Positions 57,201-64,000 of a DNA stretch of 64,000 nt are shown here, one piece after another. This stretch comes from Eledone cirrhosa. Its lineage: Eukaryota. Where the stretch lies: contig OZ024744.1 in NCBI GenBank assembly GCA_964016885.1, forward strand, positions 23,498,001 to 23,562,000. The letters run 5' to 3'. How positions within the stretch are numbered: the first letter of the stretch is position 1; each line of letters starts with the position of its first letter. The translations under genes and the position numbers were made by a program. The notes below the pieces were generated by a model, which ran no database searches, had not been told where the DNA came from, and worked only from the letters and a program-made list of their open reading frames with translations.

Positions 57201-59067
57201 TCTTAAGAACTGACTCGTTTTAATAACAGTTGAATCTTAAGATAAAACTCGTTTTAACAACAGTTGAATCTTAAGAACTGACTCGTTTTAACAACAGCTG
57301 AATCTTAAGATAAAACTCTTTTTAACAACAGTTGAATCTTAAGAACTGACTCGTTTTATCAACAGTTCAACCTTAAGCACTGACTCGTTTTAACAACAGT
57401 TGAATCTTCAAATAAAACTCGTTTTAACAACAGTTGATTCTTCAGAACTGACTCGTTTTAACAACAGTTGAATCTTAAGATAAAACTCGTTTTAACAACA
57501 GTTGAATCTTAAGAACTGACTCATTTTAACAACAGCTGAATCTCTAGATAAAACTCGTTATAACAACAGTTGAATCTTAAGGTAAAATTCGTTTTAACAA
57601 CAGTTGAATCTTAAGAACTGACTCGTTTTAACAACAGCTGAATCTTAAGATAAAACTCGTTTTAACAACAGTTGAATCTTAAGAACTGACTCGTTTTATC
57701 AACAGTTCAACCTTAAGCACTGACTCGTTTTAACAACAGTTGAATCTTCAAATAAAACTGGTTTTAACAACAGTTGAATCTTAAGAACTGACTCATTTTA
57801 ACAACAGTTGAATCTTAAGATAAAACTCGTTTTAACAACAGTTGAATCTTAAGAACTGACTCGTTTTAACAACAGTTCAACCTTAAGAACTGACTCGTTT
57901 TAACAACAGTTGAATCTTAAGATGAAACTCGTTTTAACAACAGTTGAATCTTAAGATAAAATTCGTTTTAACAACAGTTGAATCTTAAGAACTGACTCGT
58001 TTTAACAACAGCTGAATCTTAAGATAAAACTCGTTTTAACAACAGTTGAATCTTAAGATAAAATTCGTTTTAACAACAGTTGAATCTTAAGAACTGACTC
58101 GTTTTAACAACAGCTGAATCTTAAGATAAAACTCGTTTTAACAACAGTTGAATCTTAAGAACTGATTCGTTTTAACAACAGTTGACTCTTAAGAACTGAT
58201 TCGTTTTAACAACAGCTGAATCTTAAGATAAAACTCGTTTTAACAACAGTTGAATCTTAAGATAAAATTCGTTTTAACAACAGTTGAATCTTAAGAACTG
58301 ACTCGTTTTAACAACAGTTCAACTTTAAGAACTGACTCGTTTTAACAACAGTTGAATCTTAAGAACTGACTCGTTTTAACAACAGTTCAACCTTAAGAAC
58401 TGACTCGTTTTAACAACAGTTGAATCTTAAGAACTGACTCGTTTTAACAACAGTTCAACCTTAAGAACTGACTCGTTTTAACAACAGTTGAATCTTCAAA
58501 TAAAACTCGTTTTAACTACAGTTGAATCTTAAGAAATGACTCGTTTTAACAACAGTTGAATCTTAAGATAAAACTCGTTTTAACAACAGTTGAATCTTAA
58601 GAACTGACTCATTTTAACAACAGTTGAATCTTAAGAACTGATTCGTTTTAACAACAGTTGAATCTTCAGATAAAACTCGTTTTAACTACAGTTGAATCTT
58701 AAGAACTGACTCGTTTTAACAACAGTTGAATCTTAAGATAAAACTCGTTTTAACAGCAGTTGAATCTTAAGAACTGACTCATTTTAACAACAGTTGAATC
58801 TTAAGAACTGATTCGTTTTAACAACAGTTGAATCTTAAGATAAAATTCGTTTTAACAACAGTTGAATCTTAAGAACTGACTCGTTTTAACAACAGCTGAA
58901 TCTTAAGATAAAACTCGTTTTACAACAGTTGAATCTTAAGAACTGACTCGTTTTATCAACAGTTCAACCTTAAGAACTGACTCATTTTAACAACAGTTGA
59001 ATATTCAAATAAAACTCGTTTTAACAACAGTTGAATCTTAAGATAAAACTCGTTTTAACAACAGTTG

Positions 59068-62000
59068 AATCTTAAGAACTGATTCGTTTTAACAACAGCT
59101 GAATCTTAAGATAAACTCGTTTTAACAACAGCTGAATCTTAAGATAAACCTGGTTTTAACAACATTTGAATCTTAAGAACTGAATTCGTTTTAACAACAG
59201 CTGAATCTTAAGATAAAACTCGTTTTAACAACAGTTGATTCTTAAGAACTGACTCGTTTTATCAACAGTTCAACCTTAAGAACTGACTCGTTTTAACAAC
59301 AGTTGAATCTTCAAATAAAACTCGTTTTAACAACAGTTGAATATTATGATAAAACTCATTTTAACAACAGTTGATTCTTAAGATAAAACTCGTTTTAACA
59401 ACAGTTGATTCTTAAGAACTGACTCGTTTTAACAACAGCTGAATCTTAAGATAAAACTCGTTTTAACAACAGTTGAATCTTAAGATAAAATTCGTTTTAA
59501 AAATAGTTGAACGTTAAGAACTGGTTCGTTTTAACAACAGTTGGATCTTAAGATAAAACTCGTTTTAACAACAGTTGAATCTTAAGAACTGACTCGTTTT
59601 AACAACTGTTGAATCTTAAGAACTGACTCGTTTTATCAACAGTTCAACCTTAAGAACTGACTCGTTTTAACAACAGTTGAATCTTCAAATAAAACTCGTT
59701 TTAACAACAGTTGAATCTTAAGAACTGACTCGTTTTAACAACAGTTGAATCTTAAGATAAAACTCGTTTTAACAACAGTTGAATCTTAAGAACTGACTCG
59801 TTTTATCAACAGTTCAACCTTAATAACTGAATCGTTTTAACAAGAGTTGAATCTTCAAATTAAACTCGTTTTAACAACAGTTGAATCATAAGAACTGATT
59901 CGTTTTAACAACAGTTGAATCTTAAGATAAAACTCGTTTTAACAACAGTTGAATCTTAAGATAAAACTCGTTTTAACAACAGTGGAATCTTAAGAACTGA
60001 CTCGTTTTAACAACAGCTGAATCTTAAGATAAAACTCGTTTTAACGACAGTTGAATCTTAAGAACTGACTCGTTTTATCAACAGTTCAACCTTAAGAACT
60101 GACTCATTTTAACAACAGTTGAATCTTCAAATAAAACTCGTTTTAACAACAGTTGAATCTTAAGAACTGATTCGTTTTAACAACAGCTGAATCTTAAGAT
60201 AAACTCGTTTTAACAACAGTTGAATCTTAAGATAAACCTCGTTTTAACAACATTTGAATCTTAAGAACTGATTCGTTTTAACAACAGCTGAATCTTAAGA
60301 TAAACTCGTTTTAACAACAGTTGAATCTTAAGATAAACCTCGTTTTAACAACAGTTGAATCTTAAGAACTGACTCGTTTTATCAACAGTTCAACCTTAAG
60401 AACTGACTCATCTTAACAACAGTTGAATCTTCAAATAAAATTCGTTTTAACAACAGTTGAATCTTAAGAACTGACTCGTTTTAACAACAGTTGAATCTTA
60501 AGAACTGACTCATTTTAACAACAGCTGAATCTTAAGATAAAACTCGTTTTAACAACAGTTGAATCTTAAGATAAAATTCGTTTTAACAACAGTTGAATCT
60601 TAAGAACTGACTCGTTTTAACAACAGCTGAATCTTAAGATAAAACTCGTTTTAACAACAGTTGAATCTTAAGAACTGACTCGTTTTATCAACAGTTCAAC
60701 CTTAAGCACTGACTCGTTTGAACAACAGTTGAATCTTCAAATAAAACTCGTTTTAACAACAGTTGATTCTTCAGAACTGACTCGTTTTAACAACAGTTGA
60801 ATCTTAAGATAAAACTCGTTTTAACAACAGTTGAATCTTAAGAACTGACTCATTTTAACAACAACTGAATCTCTAGATAAAACACGTTTTAACAACAGTT
60901 GAATCTTAAGAACTGACTCGTTTTATCAACAGTTGAATCTTAAGAACTGACTCGTTTTATCAACAGTTCAACCTTAAGAACTGACTCGTTTTAACAACAG
61001 TTGAATCCTCAAATAAAACTCGTTTTAACAACAGTTGAATCTTAAGAACTGACTCATTTTAACAACAGTTGAATCTTAAGATAAAACTCGTTTTAACAAC
61101 AGTTGAATCTTAAGAACTGACTCGTTTTAACAACGGCTGAATTTTAAGATAAACTCGTTTTAACAACAGTTGAATCTTAAGAACTGACTCGTTTTATCAG
61201 CAGTTCAACCTTAAGAACTGACTCATCTTAACAACAGTTGAATCTTCAAATAAAATTCGTTTTAACAACAGTTGAATCTTAAGAACTGATTCGTTTTAAC
61301 AACAGCTGAATCTTAGGATAAAACTCGTTTTAACAACAGTTGAATCTTAAGGTAAAATTCGTTTTAACAACAGTTGAATCTTAAGAACTGACTCGTTTTA
61401 ACAACAGCTGAATCTTAAGATAAAACTCGTTTTAACAACAGTTGAATCTTAAGAACTGACTCGTTTTATCAACAGTTCAACCTTAAGCACTGACTCGTTT
61501 TAACAACAGTTGAATCTTCAAATAAAACTCGTTTTAACAACAGTTGAATCTTAAGAACTGACTCATTTTAACAACAGTTGAATCTTAAGATAAAACTCGT
61601 TTTAACAACAGTTGAATCTTAAGAACTGACTCGTTTTAACAACAGTTGAACCTTAAGAACTGACTCGTTTTAACAACAGTTGAATCTTAAGATAAAACTC
61701 GTTTTAACAACAGTTGAATCTTAAGAACTGACTCATTTTAACAACAGTTGAATCTTAAGAACTGATTCGTTTTAACAACAGTTGATTCTTAAGATAAAAC
61801 TCGTTTTAACAACAGTTGAATCTTAAGAACTGACTCGTTTTAATAACAGCTGAATCTTAAGATAAAACTCGTTTTACAACAGTTGAATCTTAAGAACTGA
61901 CTCGTTTTATCAACAGTTCAACCTTAAGAACTGACTCATCTTAACAACAGTTGAATCTTCAAATAAAACTCGTTTTAACAACAGTTGAATCTTAAGAACT

Positions 62001-64000
62001 GATTCGTTTTAACAACAGCTGAATCGTAAGATAAAACTCGTTTTAACAACAGTTGAATCTTAAGATAAAATTCGTTTTAACAACAGTTGAATCTTAAGAA
62101 CTGACTCGTTTTAACAACAGCTGAATCTTAAGATAAAACTCGTTTTATCAACAGTTCAACCTTAAGAACTGACTCGTTTTAACAACAGTTGAATCCTCAA
62201 ATATAACTCGTTTTAACAACAGTTGAATCTTAAGAACTGACTCGTTTTAACAATAGTTGAATCTTAAGATAAAACTCGTTTTAACAACAGTTGAATCTTA
62301 AGAACTGACTCATTTTAACAACAGTTCAACCTTAAGAACTGACTCGTTTTAACAACAGTTGAATCTTTAAATAAAACTCGTTTTAACAACAGTTGAATCT
62401 TAAGAACTGATTCGTTTTAACAACAGCTGAATCTTAAGATAAACTCGTTTTAACAACAGCTGAATCTTAAGATAAACCTGGTTTTAACAACATTTGAATC
62501 TTAAGAACTGAATTCGTTTTAACAACAGCTGAATCTTAAGATAAAACTCGTTTTAACAACAGTTGATTCTTAAGAACTGACTCGTTTTATCAACAGTTCA
62601 ACCTTAAGAACTGACTCGTTTTAACAACAGTTGAATCTTCAAATAAAACTCGTTTTAACAACAGTTGAATATTATGATAAAACTCATTTTAACAACAGTT
62701 GATTCTTAAGATAAAACTCGTTTTAACAACAGTTGATTCTTAAGAACTGACTCGTTTTAACAACAGCTGAATCTTAAGATAAAACTCGTTTTAACAACAG
62801 TTGAATCTTAAGATAAAATTCGTTTTAAAAATAGTTGAACGTTAAGAACTGGTTCGTTTTAACAACAGTTGGATCTTAAGATAAAACTCGTTTTAACAAC
62901 AGTTGAATCTTAAGAACTGACTCGTTTTAACAACTGTTGAATCTTAAGAACTGACTCGTTTTATCAACAGTTCAACCTTAAGAACTGACTCGTTTTAACA
63001 ACAGTTGAATCTTCAAATAAAACTCGTTTTAACAACAGTTGAATCTTAAGAACTGACTCGTTTTAACAACAGTTGAATCTTAAGATAAAACTCGTTTTAA
63101 CAACAGTTGAATCTTAAGAACTGACTCGTTTTATCAACAGTTCAACCTTAATAACTGAATCGTTTTAACAAGAGTTGAATCTTCAAATTAAACTCGTTTT
63201 AACAACAGTTGAATCATAAGAACTGATTCGTTTTAACAACAGTTGAATCTTAAGATAAAACTCGTTTTAACAACAGTTGAATCTTAAGATAAAACTCGTT
63301 TTAACAACAGTGGAATCTTAAGAACTGACTCGTTTTAACAACAGCTGAATCTTAAGATAAAACTCGTTTTAACGACAGTTGAATCTTAAGAACTGACTCG
63401 TTTTATCAACAGTTCAACCTTAAGAACTGACTCATTTTAACAACAGTTGAATCTTCAAATAAAACTCGTTTTAACAACAGTTGAATCTTAAGAACTGATT
63501 CGTTTTAACAACAGCTGAATCTTAAGATAAACTCGTTTTAACAACAGTTGAATCTTAAGATAAACCTCGTTTTAACAACATTTGAATCTTAAGAACTGAT
63601 TCGTTTTAACAACAGCTGAATCTTAAGATAAACTCGTTTTAACAACAGTTGAATCTTAAGATAAACCTCGTTTTAACAACAGTTGAATCTTAAGAACTGA
63701 CTCGTTTTATCAACAGTTCAACCTTAAGAACTGACTCATCTTAACAACAGTTGAATCTTCAAATAAAATTCGTTTTAACAACAGTTGAATCTTAAGAACT
63801 GACTCGTTTTAACAACAGTTGAATCTTAAGAACTGACTCATTTTAACAACAGCTGAATCTTAAGATAAAACTCGTTTTAACAACAGTTGAATCTTAAGAT
63901 AAAATTCGTTTTAACAACAGTTGAATCTTAAGAACTGACTCGTTTTAACAACAGCTGAATCTTAAGATAAAACTCGTTTTAACAACAGTTGAATCTTAAG
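59068..64000. repeat. 3328-bp tandem duplication (59068-62395, second copy from 62396 runs off the window) containing P copies 6 and 7
   Basis: GAATTC 59182/62510, AACGTT 59510/62838, AACCTTAATAAC 59816/63144. Both share TTTTAAAAATAGTTG, CTGGTTCG and AATCGTTTTAACAAGAG. Confidence 0.88.

Larger units (their letters stand above)
1..64000. repeat. Satellite DNA array: ~1,880 head-to-tail 34-bp monomers, consensus AATCTTAAGA(ACTG/TAAA)ACTCGTTTTAACAACAGTTG; extends beyond both window ends
   Basis: Monomer read directly at 1-34 (A type) and 35-68 (B type). The same unit in the same orientation fills every line to 64000. Only point variants and occasional 33-bp (GATAAACTCG, GTTTTACAAC) or 35-bp (ACTGAATTCG) monomers occur. 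Copy number is 64000/34. Confidence 0.99.

Noticed and set aside
1-64000. CRISPR array (34-bp unit, GTTTTA.../GTTGAA motifs and partial palindromes resemble direct repeats)
   Set aside because: Units abut directly with no unique spacers. The only variable slot is 4 bp with two states. No leader or cas genes are present.
1-64000. Repeat-encoded protein or long ORF on either strand
   Set aside because: Each monomer has TAA on both strands (two TTAA) plus TGA on the plus strand. Because 34 is not a multiple of 3, every frame meets a stop within about three monomers (~100 bp) in the standard code. Frequent 33-bp monomers show no frame conservation.
1-64000. Rolling-circle, reverse-transcriptase or library concatemer artefact
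   Set aside because: Variants are shared between distant copies in nested, lineage-like patterns. This indicates an evolved genomic array rather than repeated copying of one template with random errors.
1-64000. E-box/MYB-like (CAGTTG, CAGCTG) or piggyBac TTAA target-site arrays as regulatory features
   Set aside because: These 4-6 bp motifs recur only because the monomer does. There is no adjacent gene or inserted element to support a function.
1-64000. Telomerase-type telomeric repeat or plasmid/phage iteron array
   Set aside because: There is no G-rich strand bias, and the kb-scale nested variant structure does not fit templated addition. Iteron arrays have a handful of copies beside a rep gene. 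A complex subtelomeric satellite cannot be excluded.

Overview
The whole 64-kb window is one uninterrupted, head-to-tail, AT-rich (~26-32% GC per monomer) tandem array of a 34-bp monomer, about 1,880 copies, continuing past both ends. Two monomer classes differ in one 4-bp slot: A = AATCTTAAGA-ACTG-ACTCGTTTTAACAACAGTTG and B = AATCTTAAGA-TAAA-ACTCGTTTTAACAACAGTTG. They mostly alternate to give a 68-bp dimer. I found no genes, RNA genes, transposon insertions, inversions or CRISPR spacers. The best interpretation is a eukaryotic-type satellite DNA (centromeric, pericentromeric or subtelomeric; organism and function cannot be determined from this sequence). Rare variant monomers reveal a nested hierarchy: a cryptic 17-bp half-unit, then 34 bp, 68 bp, a recurrent ~170-bp five-monomer core, tandem duplications of 0.65-3.4 kb, 5.5-7.9 kb super-units, and a cyclic order of variant blocks that restarts at about 0.6, 18.3, 39.3 and 60.3 kb. 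All positions were read by eye from marker variants and should be confirmed with a dot-plot or monomer decomposition. I see no support for a protein-coding or defence-type system here.
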